A stretch of DNA of 64,000 nucleotides from Nitrospirota bacterium (GCA_963790205.1 CAWBNQ010000014.1:96001-160000), one strand, 5' to 3'. Shown: positions 1 to 9,952, numbered from the stretch's first letter. Notes: generated from the sequence alone by a model not told the origin. Made by a program: numbers and translations.

Positions 1-1
1 G

Positions 2-289
2 GGAGAAAAGCCTGAAAACTACATTTCCATTAGCACCGTCCAAGAGGCGTTCAAACGCGCGAAGAAAAAAGCCGGCATCACGAAGCCGGCAAGTTGTCAC
101 ACGCTTCGGCATAGCTTCGCCACACACCTGCTGGAGTCGGGAGCTGATCTGCACTATATTCAGCTTCTGCTCGGCCATGCGTCGGTGAGAACGACCACTA
201 TTTATCTCCACGTGAGCAAAAAGAACCTCTCAAAGATCGTGAGCCCTCTGGACTTAGGCCCCTTCTTAAATCCTCCACAAACCTCGTAG
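2..289 (+). CDS. Tyrosine recombinase/phage integrase family, C-terminal part (5' end outside window)
   Basis: Manual translation of frame +2: [70 protein letters not shown]...; HxLRH, LLGH and catalytic Y motifs; TAG at 287-289. Confidence 0.92.
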   Translation, partial: GEKPENYISISTVQEAFKRAKKKAGITKPASCHTLRHSFATHLLESGADLHYIQLLLGHASVRTTTIYLHVSKKNLSKIVSPLDLGPFLNPPQTS

Positions 290-310
290 CCTGCACACGC
301 GACACCCGCG

Positions 311-1504
311 GTGTACACGCGAGATAGCCTACAGATCGAAGTCGCGGACATCTTTCGCCGGTACGGTCCTCTTTACCGGAACGCTCATCCCATGCCCTTG
401 AATCGTCTTCGCGCCATGCGGGCGATCGAGACCTGCCGCACCGCCGACCAAGGCGGTCACGTGGACGAATGCGAGCACTGCGGGACAAAAGTGATCTCGT
501 ACAACTCCTGCAGAAACCGGCATTGCCCCAAGTGCCAGTTCCTTAAAAAAGAGCAGTGGATCGAGGCCCGGGAAGAAGACCTGCTTCCCATTCCTTACTT
601 CCATGTCGTTTTTACCATCCCCGATAAACTCAATCCCCTTGTGCTCCGGAACCAGGAGGCCCTCTACGGGATCCTGTTCAAGGCCGTTTCGGAAACCCTG
701 ACGGAACTCTCGAATACGCAGAAACACTTGGGCGCGGAAATCGGTTTTATCTCGATCCTGCACACCTGGGGACAGAACCTTATGGATCATCCGCATCTCC
801 ACAACATCGTCACCGGCGGCGGATTGTCCAAGGGCGGACGGAAATGGAAATCATGCAAGAATGGCTTTTTCCTTCCCGTCAAGGTCATGTCGAAACTCTT
901 TCGGGGGAAGTTTCTCGCTTATCTGAAAAAACTCCGTGCCGAGAACAAACTTGTCTACCCCGGCGTCGTAAGCCATCTTGCGTCGCCGGGAGTTTTCAAG
1001 GCCTTCATCGCCGATTTGTACAAGAAGCAGTGGGTCGTCTATTGTAAGCCGCCGTTCGACGGAACAAAAGGCGTTCTTGAGTATCTCGGCAGATACACCC
1101 ACCGTATCGCGATCAGCAATCACCGGCTCGTGAAGATGATGGACGACAAGATCTCCTTCCGGTGGCGCGACTACGCGGACAGCAACAAAAGCAAGATCAT
1201 GACCGTGGACGCCGATGAGTTCATCCGGCGGTTCCTGCTTCATGTCCTGCCCGACCGGTTTGTCAAAATCAGGCATTACGGTCTGTTGGGAAACAGATGC
1301 CGCAGAAAGAAACTCGACCAATGCAGAGAGCTTCTGGCCTGCGTTGATCAGAACGAGGCGGAGCAGAAGACTGAGACGTGGCAGGAAGCTTTGCTCAGGA
1401 TCGCCGGCATTGACGTGGCCAAATGCCCTGCCTGCGGCGAACGCAGAATGCGCACAATCGAGATCATGCAGCCCGCGCGCTGCAAAGGACCGCCGCGAAT
1501 ATGA
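311..1504 (+). CDS. IS91-family (Y2 HUH, rolling-circle) transposase with N-terminal Zn finger
   Basis: CRT...C-x2-C...SCRNRHCPKC Zn finger, HUH motif HPHLH, YLGRYTHR Y2 motif, IRHYGLL. Confidence 0.95.
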   Translation: MYTRDSLQIEVADIFRRYGPLYRNAHPMPLNRLRAMRAIETCRTADQGGHVDECEHCGTKVISYNSCRNRHCPKCQFLKKEQWIEAREEDLLPIPYFHVVFTIPDKLNPLVLRNQEALYGILFKAVSETLTELSNTQKHLGAEIGFISILHTWGQNLMDHPHLHNIVTGGGLSKGGRKWKSCKNGFFLPVKVMSKLFRGKFLAYLKKLRAENKLVYPGVVSHLASPGVFKAFIADLYKKQWVVYCKPPFDGTKGVLEYLGRYTHRIAISNHRLVKMMDDKISFRWRDYADSNKSKIMTVDADEFIRRFLLHVLPDRFVKIRHYGLLGNRCRRKKLDQCRELLACVDQNEAEQKTETWQEALLRIAGIDVAKCPACGERRMRTIEIMQPARCKGPPRI

Positions 1505-1762
1505 TTACCACAAGCACTGAAATGAACAACCCGACTCCGACATCCATCCCCGAAAAAAGTCACGTCTTTCGCAACGATACCCTATTGCCCAAAAGCCCTT
1601 TTTCCTGTATAGTCTTTTACGAAAGGGGCTTGCGGAGCAGTCCGGAATCGCCGCTTTTCACCCGAACAAGTCTCACGCCCCTGCCAATGCTGTCTCCGCG
1701 GACTTCGTTTTAAGCTGACAAATCATTTGAAATCCCATAGCGACGTGGCGCGCAACGGCTTA

Positions 1763-1817
1763 GTCCAACCAGCTTCTTTCTGAATAAAGCGTTCAGAAAG
1801 AAGCCTTAACATTAACT
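1763..1817 (+). other. Hairpin/attC-like end of the IS91-recombinase element
   Basis: GTCCAAC (1763-1769), perfect 13-bp inverted repeat GCTTCTTTCTGAA/TTCAGAAAGAAGC (1772-1784, 1792-1804), degenerate R'-like ATTAACT (1811-1817). Confidence 0.5.
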
Positions 1818-1860
1818 CGCAAAGTACAGACAAAGAAGGAACGAAGGACCGGATCGCTTA

Positions 1861-2412
1861 ATGTCAATTAAGAAGAAAAGTATAGAGATCATAAAGACAA
1901 GAGAGTTACTGCGCGTTAACTCACTTCATAAGCCCATTTCTAATAGAAACAAGAGCGCACGTATAATCATAGCGTCACTTTTCTTCCTTATAATTATGTC
2001 GTTCTTCCTTTGGACAAATCACAGCCGTCTCGATTTGCTGCTGCCGATCTGGGGCATGCTCATCGTACTTTACGGTACTGTACTCTTTGTTATTTCTATC
2101 TGGAGCAACAAATTAGGCCAACCATTGATAATTACAGAAAGCGGTATTGTCGGGCCGAATGTTGCGGAATTTTGGGAAGATATCGAATGTTATAGCTGGG
2201 AAAACTTTACAGGAGCCTCAAAAATATTCGGACCCAAAGTCTTTACAGCTTGTGAAGGCATCTGCCTTAAGATTAAAAACAAAGGTATATTTCCGCGGAC
2301 CTTGGACGGACATGGACATACTAAATTTGCGCAATACCTAATTTTCTTCTCGCCCGAACAAATAGCCGCAGCTGAAGAAATCTTTAATCTACACGGCGTT
2401 AAAAAAGCGTAA
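1861..2412 (+). CDS. Hypothetical membrane protein (two TM helices), probable integron cassette gene
   Basis: 183-aa AT-rich ORF with two hydrophobic segments, immediately followed by an attC-like site. Confidence 0.75.
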   Translation: MSIKKKSIEIIKTRELLRVNSLHKPISNRNKSARIIIASLFFLIIMSFFLWTNHSRLDLLLPIWGMLIVLYGTVLFVISIWSNKLGQPLIITESGIVGPNVAEFWEDIECYSWENFTGASKIFGPKVFTACEGICLKIKNKGIFPRTLDGHGHTKFAQYLIFFSPEQIAAAEEIFNLHGVKKA

Positions 2413-2429
2413 TGAGGGCTAATACGACC

Positions 2430-2489
2430 GGTCAACCTGGCGGTCCACAGCGACGCGCCAGAAGGCGGCGCGTGACCGCCGCGTTGGCT
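2430..2489 (+). other. attC recombination site
   Basis: GGTCAAC ... GCGGTCCAC ... GTGACCGC ... GTTGGCT; imperfect palindrome with extrahelical base, AAC/GTT cores, 60 bp. Confidence 0.8.
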
Positions 2490-2512
2490 TTTATAGAATT
2501 AAGGAAAAGGAT

Positions 2513-2923
2513 ATGCAAGAATATTTCGAATATTTAGAAAAAAATTTCCCAATAATAAATGGCGAAGTCAGCATTGAATCGGTTGACCATTTATCCGCCA
2601 ATAAAATTATCAATAGGGCAAAAAAAATAACATCGTTGATACCTGCACTTAAATCCAGCAATAATACTTCTATTTTTAATCACTGTGCTTCATTATCACT
2701 TAGTGGGGACCGAGCAGATTGTTGGGCGTATGGCTGTAGGAAAAATCATCTGAACCAGTTGTCGATTATAGCAGCCCTTTATAGTGACAAAATTAACATA
2801 AATAACTTTTTTTCATTTTATCATCCACATAATATTACTGATGATGATTCTGTTAAGCAATCTTTTTATGACGATATTTCTCTCATATATTTTATTAGAC
2901 CATTACTAATACAAACGCACTAA
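2513..2923 (+). pseudogene. AT-rich cassette gene truncated by an IS630 end
   Basis: RBS-like AAGGA before ATG; last codons (IQTH*) come from the IS630 terminal repeat starting at 2909. Confidence 0.65.
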
Positions 2924-3124
2924 GTAATGTTACAAAGTCGCCTGACTTTGTGCTTTGACCACGAGTCAAGCGTCCTTTGGACCGTTGCCCAGATTGCGTC
3001 AAGGTTATCGAACCACCGGTTGGTAGTTGATTCATAGCGAATCTGGCGCCATATGCGCTCCTGCATATTCAAGGCAGGCTGATATGGTGGTAAGTACACA
3101 ATCCGGAGTCGTTTATGCTTTCTG
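2909..3124 (-). mobile_element. IS630-family element remnant (3' end of transposase plus terminal IR)
   Basis: Near-identical to the end of the IS630 copy starting at 26226 (ATACAAACGCACTAAGTAATG...; two mismatches noticed); encodes ...YLPPYQPALNMQERIWRQIR... Confidence 0.9.
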
Positions 3125-3151
3125 GGAACCGATAGGGTCACGTCTTGTAAC

Positions 3152-3180
3152 TTGACAATTGCGTTGCGCTGTGATATCGT
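3152..3180 (+). promoter_or_regulatory. Sigma70-type promoter for the RAYT gene (likely leaderless mRNA)
   Basis: TTGACA-17 bp-TATCGT with TG extension; ATG follows 9 bp later with no Shine-Dalgarno. Confidence 0.6.
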
Positions 3181-3189
3181 CGCTACATT

Positions 3190-4062
3190 ATGGCCCGTCC
3201 CCTTCGCATAGAGTATCCCGGTGCTGTTTACCACGTCACCTCCCGCGGGAATGAAAAGAAGCCCGTCTTCAAGGACGAGCAGGACCGCTTGAACTTCCTC
3301 AATACCCTCCAGCACGCCGGCAAACACTACAACTGGATCTGCCACGCCTACTGCCTCATGACCAACCATTACCATCTCCTCATCGAGACCCCGGACGGCA
3401 ATCTATCCATCGGCATGAGACAACTGAACGGCGTCTACACGCAGCTCTTTAACAATTGGCATGGCAGGACCGGTCACCTGTTCCAGGGACGATACAAAGC
3501 CATTCTGATCCAGAAGGACAGCCATCTCCTTGAGGTTTGCCGGTATGTGGTCCTGAATCCTGTACGGGCCAAGATGGTTGAGACGCCGGAGGGGTATCGC
3601 TGGTCTAGCTACCTGGCTACGGCGGGCAGAACAAAGCCCCATCCGTGCCTCACCACAGACTGGGTATTGGGCCAATTCAGCGGGAAGCGGGGCAAGGCGG
3701 AGCAAGAATACCGGCAGTTCGTCAAATGGGGGATCGGCAAACAATCCGTCTGGACCGACGTGCGGGGCCAGACGATACTCGGTGAAGAAGATTTTGCAGA
3801 CCGCTTTATAGATCATCTCAGGAAGCATAAAGAGGTGCCCGAGATCACCCGGAGTCAAAAATACCTGAAGAGGCCGGCCCTGGAAAAGCTGTTTTCGGAA
3901 GACATTTTGCGGAATAAGCGCAAGCGGGACCGGCGCATAGCCGATGCGGTAAAACGCCATGGGTATCTTCAGAGAGAGATCGCGGACCATCTGCAATTGA
4001 ACTATGCAACCGTCAGCAGGTTGGTGAGCGCTCAAGAGCAAATATCAAATAACAAGACGTGA
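3190..4062 (+). CDS. REP-associated tyrosine transposase (Y1_Tnp/RAYT-like) with C-terminal HTH
   Basis: MARPLRIEYPGAVYHVTSRGN, AYCLMTNHYHLL (HUH), GHLFQGRY, YVVLNPVRA, YRWSSY; C-terminal QREIADHLQLNYATVSRL helix-turn-helix. Confidence 0.93.
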   Translation: MARPLRIEYPGAVYHVTSRGNEKKPVFKDEQDRLNFLNTLQHAGKHYNWICHAYCLMTNHYHLLIETPDGNLSIGMRQLNGVYTQLFNNWHGRTGHLFQGRYKAILIQKDSHLLEVCRYVVLNPVRAKMVETPEGYRWSSYLATAGRTKPHPCLTTDWVLGQFSGKRGKAEQEYRQFVKWGIGKQSVWTDVRGQTILGEEDFADRFIDHLRKHKEVPEITRSQKYLKRPALEKLFSEDILRNKRKRDRRIADAVKRHGYLQREIADHLQLNYATVSRLVSAQEQISNNKT

Positions 4063-4119
4063 CCCTATGCTATGGATTCCCACGTGACCGGCGCGTTCGG
4101 CTTTCCCTCTGAGGATCAG

Positions 4120-4714
4120 ATGACTATGAATGCAAGAGAAAAAAGAAACATGCTCATGACGGTGTTTGATGCGCTGCCATCAATGGTTTTTGTGGTCGGT
4201 CGACCAGGATGTGAGGATTCAAGAGTACAATGCGGCGGCTTCTGCCCTCTTGACAGCCGAAAGGAAGACCGTCCTGAAGCGGCGAGCCGGCGAAATACTG
4301 CACTGTATACATTCGAGAGAAGTGCGGGAGGGGTGCGGCGGGTCTCCGTTCTGCAAGGACTGTATTATCAGGAATTCCGTCACGGAAGCCTTCCAGGGGG
4401 ACCGTGTTATCCGCCGTCGCGCAAGAATGGAACTCATCCGGGATACAGGAACGATAGAGATGTACGCACTGATCACCGCTTCTCTCTTTTCCTTCCAGGA
4501 CAGGCAACTTGTGTTGCTCGTGATTGAGGACATCAGTGAGATAGCAGAGCTTTATCGGATGATACCTATTTGTTCTGTCTGCAGAAAAGTGCGAGACGAT
4601 AAGGAGTCCTGGATGCAGGTCGAGGCCTATTTCCAGAATAATTGGGGCGTCGACTTCTCGCATGGTCTTTGCCCGGACTGTTATAAGACCGAAAAGGACA
4701 AACTGCACAGCTGA
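4120..4714 (+). pseudogene. PAS-domain protein with C-terminal CxxC...SHGLCPDC motif, frameshifted
   Basis: VFDALPSMVFVV | DQDVRIQEYNAAA join if one copy of the tandem GGTC (4194-4201) is removed; IPICSVCRKVRDD...FSHGLCPDC tail. Confidence 0.8.
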
Positions 4715-4742
4715 GTTTTTCGTTCCTGGAATAAAAACGCGC

Positions 4743-5537
4743 CTATCTCCCCTTCCGCTTCTCCGCCGTGCGTTTCAGTATCTCCACCATCTGCCCGTGA
4801 ATGATGCCGTTGCTCGCCAGGACCTCGTCGCCAAATATATCGAACGTGTTGTCCCTGAGGTCCGTTACCCTGCCTCCGGCCTCAAGCACGATAAGGCTTC
4901 CCGCGGCCACGTCCCAGGGCTTGAGTTTGAGTTCCCAGAAACCGTCGAATCGTCCGGCGGCCACGGAGCAGAGGTCGAGGGCCGCCGAACCGTCGCGGCG
5001 GACCTCCTGGGAGGCCATGAGCAGGCCGTGAAAGTAATCCAGGTTGTTTTTCTCGCTCACCTTGCGGTCATAGGGGAAACCCGTGGCCAGCAGGCTTTGT
5101 ATGAGCGCGTCCACGGTCGACACCTTGATCCGTTTCCCGTTCAGATACGCGCCCTGCCCCTTCTGCGCCGTGAAAAGCTCGTCCCGCATGGGGTCGTAGA
5201 CAACGCCGGTGATGACGTCGCCCTCGCGCTCGAGCGCAATGGACACGGAAAAACAGGGATAGCCGTGCGCGTAGTTCGTGGTGCCGTCGAGGGGATCGAT
5301 GATCCAGGTATAGCCGGACCCGTTGCGTATCGTGGTTTCCTCCTCGGCAATGATGCCGTGCTCGGGAAAGGACGCGCGCAGCGTCTCGACCACCGCGCGT
5401 TCGGAGCGCGTGTCCATCTCGGTGACCAGGTTGATGTCGCCCTTATAGGTGATCTCCCGCGTGCCGTGGATATTCTCTTTCAATATCCCGCCCGCCTTGC
5501 GGGCCGCTTCGCCGGCAACGGCCAAAAAGTCCTTCAT
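4743..5537 (-). CDS. suhB: Inositol monophosphatase family protein
   Basis: WIIDPLDGTTNYAHG and WDVAAGSLIV motifs; RBS GAGGAGG before MKDFLAVA. Confidence 0.92.
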   Translation of the reverse strand: MKDFLAVAGEAARKAGGILKENIHGTREITYKGDINLVTEMDTRSERAVVETLRASFPEHGIIAEEETTIRNGSGYTWIIDPLDGTTNYAHGYPCFSVSIALEREGDVITGVVYDPMRDELFTAQKGQGAYLNGKRIKVSTVDALIQSLLATGFPYDRKVSEKNNLDYFHGLLMASQEVRRDGSAALDLCSVAAGRFDGFWELKLKPWDVAAGSLIVLEAGGRVTDLRDNTFDIFGDEVLASNGIIHGQMVEILKRTAEKRKGR

Positions 5538-5782
5538 GCATCCTCCTCGAAATGTCAAAACTAACCACAGAGGTCACGGAGAAATCATCAGGGCCAAAAG
5601 GTTAAGGGTCCTTTACCGGCCTCCTCTGTGTCCTTTTACTTCAGTATTTTTTTGTTTTTATATTCTTCACGTTTTCAAGAATGGTCTTCCTGTCAAGTCA
5701 CTTGAGCCCGCAGAGCATTCTCCGTGCTCTCTGTGTCGTGCTTTGTCTCTCATGAAAGTATCGGCAGTACTGGCTGATCTAA

Positions 5783-7115
5783 CAGTTTGCTGAAAAAGTC
5801 CTTTTCAAACGTGATGTAAATGCGTATAGTGGCGCAACGGCAGTTGACAAGGAGGCCACATGCGCGGTGAAAACGAGATTCAGAGCGGGATGTTCAGTTA
5901 CTTTTCTCCTGAACAGCGTGTCCCGGCCCAGCATCCTCTGCGGGCGATCAAAGCCCATGCGGATACGGTTCTTGCAGAGCTTTCGCCGGTCTTCGACTCC
6001 ATGTACAGCAACATGGGGCGGCCGTCGATCCCGCCGGAGAGGCTGCTGAAATCCCAGCTCTTGATCGCCCTGTACTCGGTGCGTTCCGAAACCCAGTTCT
6101 GCGAAATGGTGGATTATAACATTCTCTTCCGCTGGTTTTTGGATATGGACCTGGAAGAGTCGTCCTTCGATCCCACGACGTTCACGAAGAACCGGGATCG
6201 GCTTCTGGAACATCGGGTGGCCGTGAAGTTTTTTGATCGTGTGGTTAACATCGCCCGGAAAGGCGGGCTGCTCTCGGATGATCATTTTACGGTGGACGGC
6301 AGCCTTATTGAGGCCTGCGCCAGTCTGAAGAGCTTCCGTCCCAAGGACGAGGACCCTTCGGACCGCCCGACGACGGACGATGATCCGGGAAATCCCACGG
6401 TGAACTTTCGGGGTGAGAAACGGTCGAACAAGACTCATGCTTCTACCACTGATCCCGAGTCTCGTTTGATGAAGAAGAGCGCGGGCAAGGAGGCTAAGCT
6501 TTCTTTCGGCGCCCATGCCTTGATGGAGAACCGAAACGGCCTGCTGGTCGACATCACCGTTACCCCGGCAACGGGTGATGCGGAACGGGAGGCGGCCAAG
6601 GATATGCTTACCCGTCAGGCGCGGAAACGCGTTAAACCCAAGACCATCGGTGCCGATAAGGGCTACGATACCCAGGGCTTTGTTGAGGCCATGCGGGGCA
6701 GAGAGATCACGCCGCATGTTGCGGCCAACACCGAAAGAAGAGGCGGCTCTGCCATAGATGGACGCACCACGCGGCACGAAGGATACAACATCAGCCAGCG
6801 AATCCGAAAACGGGTGGAAGAGATCTTCGGATGGCTCAAGAGCATCGGCGGTTTCAGGCGGACACGGTACAAGGGAAGAGATCGAACCCACCTTCAAGCC
6901 TTGTTCGTCGGAGCTGCATACAACCTGCTGCGAATAGTAAATATCCAACGGCGAACTGCGGCTGCTACATAGCAAAAGCGCAGTAGAATCCCGATAATGG
7001 GTGCCGAAAGGCGATCTTGAATGAGCTACAAAGTGTGTCATAGGCTTTGCAGTAGGATAAAAATCAAGCTCCGAATAGAATTTTTTAAACTGAAGGCCAC
7101 TTTTTCAGCGGCCTG
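5783..7115 (+). mobile_element. IS5-family insertion sequence, apparently intact
   Basis: IRs CAGTTTGCTGAAAAAGT / ACTTTTTCAGCGGCCTG; CTAA target duplication at 5779-5782 and 7116-7119. Confidence 0.9.
5860..6972 (+). CDS. IS5-family DDE transposase
   Basis: GRPSIPPE, VDGSLIEA, ADKGYD, RKRVEEIFGWLK motifs. Confidence 0.95.
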   Translation: MRGENEIQSGMFSYFSPEQRVPAQHPLRAIKAHADTVLAELSPVFDSMYSNMGRPSIPPERLLKSQLLIALYSVRSETQFCEMVDYNILFRWFLDMDLEESSFDPTTFTKNRDRLLEHRVAVKFFDRVVNIARKGGLLSDDHFTVDGSLIEACASLKSFRPKDEDPSDRPTTDDDPGNPTVNFRGEKRSNKTHASTTDPESRLMKKSAGKEAKLSFGAHALMENRNGLLVDITVTPATGDAEREAAKDMLTRQARKRVKPKTIGADKGYDTQGFVEAMRGREITPHVAANTERRGGSAIDGRTTRHEGYNISQRIRKRVEEIFGWLKSIGGFRRTRYKGRDRTHLQALFVGAAYNLLRIVNIQRRTAAAT

Positions 7116-7152
7116 CTAAGGCGCTGATAGTACCATACTTCGCCCGGACCTC

Positions 7153-7190
7153 AAAAAACAAAAAGGGCAAGGCTTGCAGGCCTTACCCTT
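7153..7190 (-). terminator. Rho-independent terminator downstream of the small XRE gene
   Basis: Minus strand AAGGGTAAGGC-CTGCAA-GCCTTGCCCTT followed by a T-rich tract. Confidence 0.65.
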
Positions 7191-7241
7191 CATCTAGACG
7201 ATCCGAAGCGACTGCGTGAAGAGCTCAAAACGGTTTCCGGT

Positions 7242-7430
7242 CTACTGGACGATCCGTTCCATCTCAACGCCGAGGTAATCCGCCAGAAGCTTCACGGTAC
7301 GGGGCTTCGTGGTGACCCCTTTCAGCGTTCTTGAGACCGTTACTTTGTGCATGCCGAGTTTGTCCGCGATCTCCGTGTAGCTCAATCCCTTTTCCAAGCG
7401 CTTTCTCTCAAGAACATCTATTTTATACAT
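7242..7430 (-). CDS. Small XRE/Cro-like HTH regulator
   Basis: GLSYTEIADKLGMHKVTVSRTLKG...TVKLLADYLGV; RBS GAGG. Confidence 0.85.
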   Translation of the reverse strand: MYKIDVLERKRLEKGLSYTEIADKLGMHKVTVSRTLKGVTTKPRTVKLLADYLGVEMERIVQ

Positions 7431-7607
7431 GGCGTTCCCTCTCTTCCAAGGTTGTTCCTGCAGGACCGATCAAGATAAGAACTGGAAATAATCTAAAGTT
7501 ATAGTTATTACTATAGCACAAACATGTGCATTTTAAAACAGGAAGAAAAAAATATTTTGCAACTATTTGTTGACTTGGCAAAGGAAGCAGGGTATATATC
7601 GTCTTAT

Positions 7608-7859
7608 ATGACCCTTGCTGAAAAATTGAAAAAGCTGCGGGAGGGGAAAAAGTTGTCCATGAGCCAGGTGGCGCGTCTGTCGGAACGCGCCGAAGACCGC
7701 CGCGGAAGGATCACCCAGGGCTATATTTCCCGCCTCGAATCCGGCAAAGAGACGAACCCGAGCCTGATGAAACTGCTGACGCTGTGCCGCATTTATACCG
7801 TCCAGCCGGACGAACTCTTCGTAACAAACAACCGAAAAAAAACCCGGAAGAGCAGATAA
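7608..7859 (+). CDS. XRE-family HTH regulator
   Basis: MTLAEKLKKLREGKKLSMSQVA...ITQGYISRLESGKETNPSL; preceded by TTGACT-17 bp-TATATA, no SD. Confidence 0.85.
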   Translation: MTLAEKLKKLREGKKLSMSQVARLSERAEDRRGRITQGYISRLESGKETNPSLMKLLTLCRIYTVQPDELFVTNNRKKTRKSR

Positions 7860-7882
7860 ATCGATCCCCCGCCGCCAGAATG

Positions 7883-8719
7883 CTACCGGGCCGTCCAGCG
7901 ATGCGGTATATGGCAGGACTTGCAGTGTTTTGTGGAAGCATGGACCGGCTTGATCATCAACACCTCGCGGGTATGGCACCGCAGGCAGTCATCATCGCTC
8001 GGTTTGATCCGGGCATGAGGCTTGTGACATTCATAGCAGTTTAACCGCGCCATCGGGACCCGGTCCGGGAACGAGGCCTTTGCCGATTTACGGTGGCAGG
8101 ACAGGCAGCGGTTCCGGTCCGGTATGAACGGTTCCGGCTTTCTCGGAGAAAAAACGTGACACCGGAGGCACGAGATCTCTTCCATCCCGACCCCGTGTAT
8201 TTTCCAGTTTTTATGACAGCGCAGGCAGGCCTTCTCCTCCGGCTTGAAGGCGTGCACCTTGCTGCTGTGGCAGTCTTTGCAGACGAGTTTCTCCATGAAC
8301 ACATGCCGGGCGTGGCCGCTCGACTTGTTCACCGTGAGCGATCCCTGTGCCGCATCGTCCCAGTGGCACTTCGTACAGGTCTTCCAGGGGGTCTCGTTGC
8401 CATGGGGCTCCGGTGTTTTCCGGTCCGTGGTAAAAATGAATTTGACCAGCAGCCTGTTCTGTTCGATCAAACCGAGTTGGTGGCAGTCCTGGCACACGAT
8501 GTTCCGATGGCCGGAAAGCTTCCAAGCCGTATAGGCATCCTCCATCAGATGACAGCTGTTGCAGAACTCGGGGTTTTTCTGTATATAGTTGTAGTACCGG
8601 ACGGCAAGCACGATGCCCAATACCGAGATGATGAGCATCAGGGAGATAAGAACGGCCTTGTCTCTCGGGCTCAGCCCCCGTTCCAGTTTGTCGAATAGTT
8701 TGGAGATTATCTTATACAT
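7883..8719 (-). CDS. Membrane-anchored decaheme c-type cytochrome (NapC/NirT-like N-terminus)
   Basis: N-terminal TM helix and 10 CxxCH motifs counted in the translation. Confidence 0.9.
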   Translation of the reverse strand: MYKIISKLFDKLERGLSPRDKAVLISLMLIISVLGIVLAVRYYNYIQKNPEFCNSCHLMEDAYTAWKLSGHRNIVCQDCHQLGLIEQNRLLVKFIFTTDRKTPEPHGNETPWKTCTKCHWDDAAQGSLTVNKSSGHARHVFMEKLVCKDCHSSKVHAFKPEEKACLRCHKNWKIHGVGMEEISCLRCHVFSPRKPEPFIPDRNRCLSCHRKSAKASFPDRVPMARLNCYECHKPHARIKPSDDDCLRCHTREVLMIKPVHASTKHCKSCHIPHRWTAR

Positions 8720-8785
8720 GGCGAATAATCAGGAGTCGGTATACTGTAGACGGTATACAAAACTATGCCGCCTGCTGTCTACGGC

Positions 8786-9820
<1,035 letters not shown>

Positions 9821-9829
9821 GAAATAAGT

Positions 9830-9952
9830 CCGTCATTCCCGCCCCTGCTTCAATCATGCTGGGGCAGGCTCCCGCGGGAATCCAGCAGCTTCGTTGAAAC
9901 AACAACGAAAAAGTCCAAAGCCGCCGGATTCCGGGTCAAGCCCGGAATGACA
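9830..9952. repeat. REP-like palindromic element (GTCATTCCCG...GGAATCCAG / GGATTCCGGGTCAAGCCCGGAATGAC)
   Basis: Inverted ends GTCATTCC/GGAATGAC; related short copies at ~11120-11145 and 13025-13051. Confidence 0.7.

Larger units (their letters stand above)
3132..4068 (+). mobile_element. Y1/RAYT transposase element bounded by inverted repeats
   Basis: ATAGGGTCACGTCTTGT (3132-3148) and ACAAGACGTGACCCTAT (4052-4068): 17-bp perfect IR, extending to 26 bp with 3 mismatches. Confidence 0.75.

Noticed and set aside
2..289. Integron integrase IntI driving the downstream cassettes
   Set aside because: The visible part lacks the IntI-specific insertion ending in RHH before box II, is co-oriented with the cassettes and is coupled to an IS91-like transposase; the N-terminus is outside the window, so this is not fully excluded
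2920..3375. 151-aa minus-strand ORF
   Set aside because: Chimera of RAYT antisense sequence and the IS630 3' remnant
7242..7859. Prophage immunity region
   Set aside because: No integrase, replication or structural phage genes adjacent
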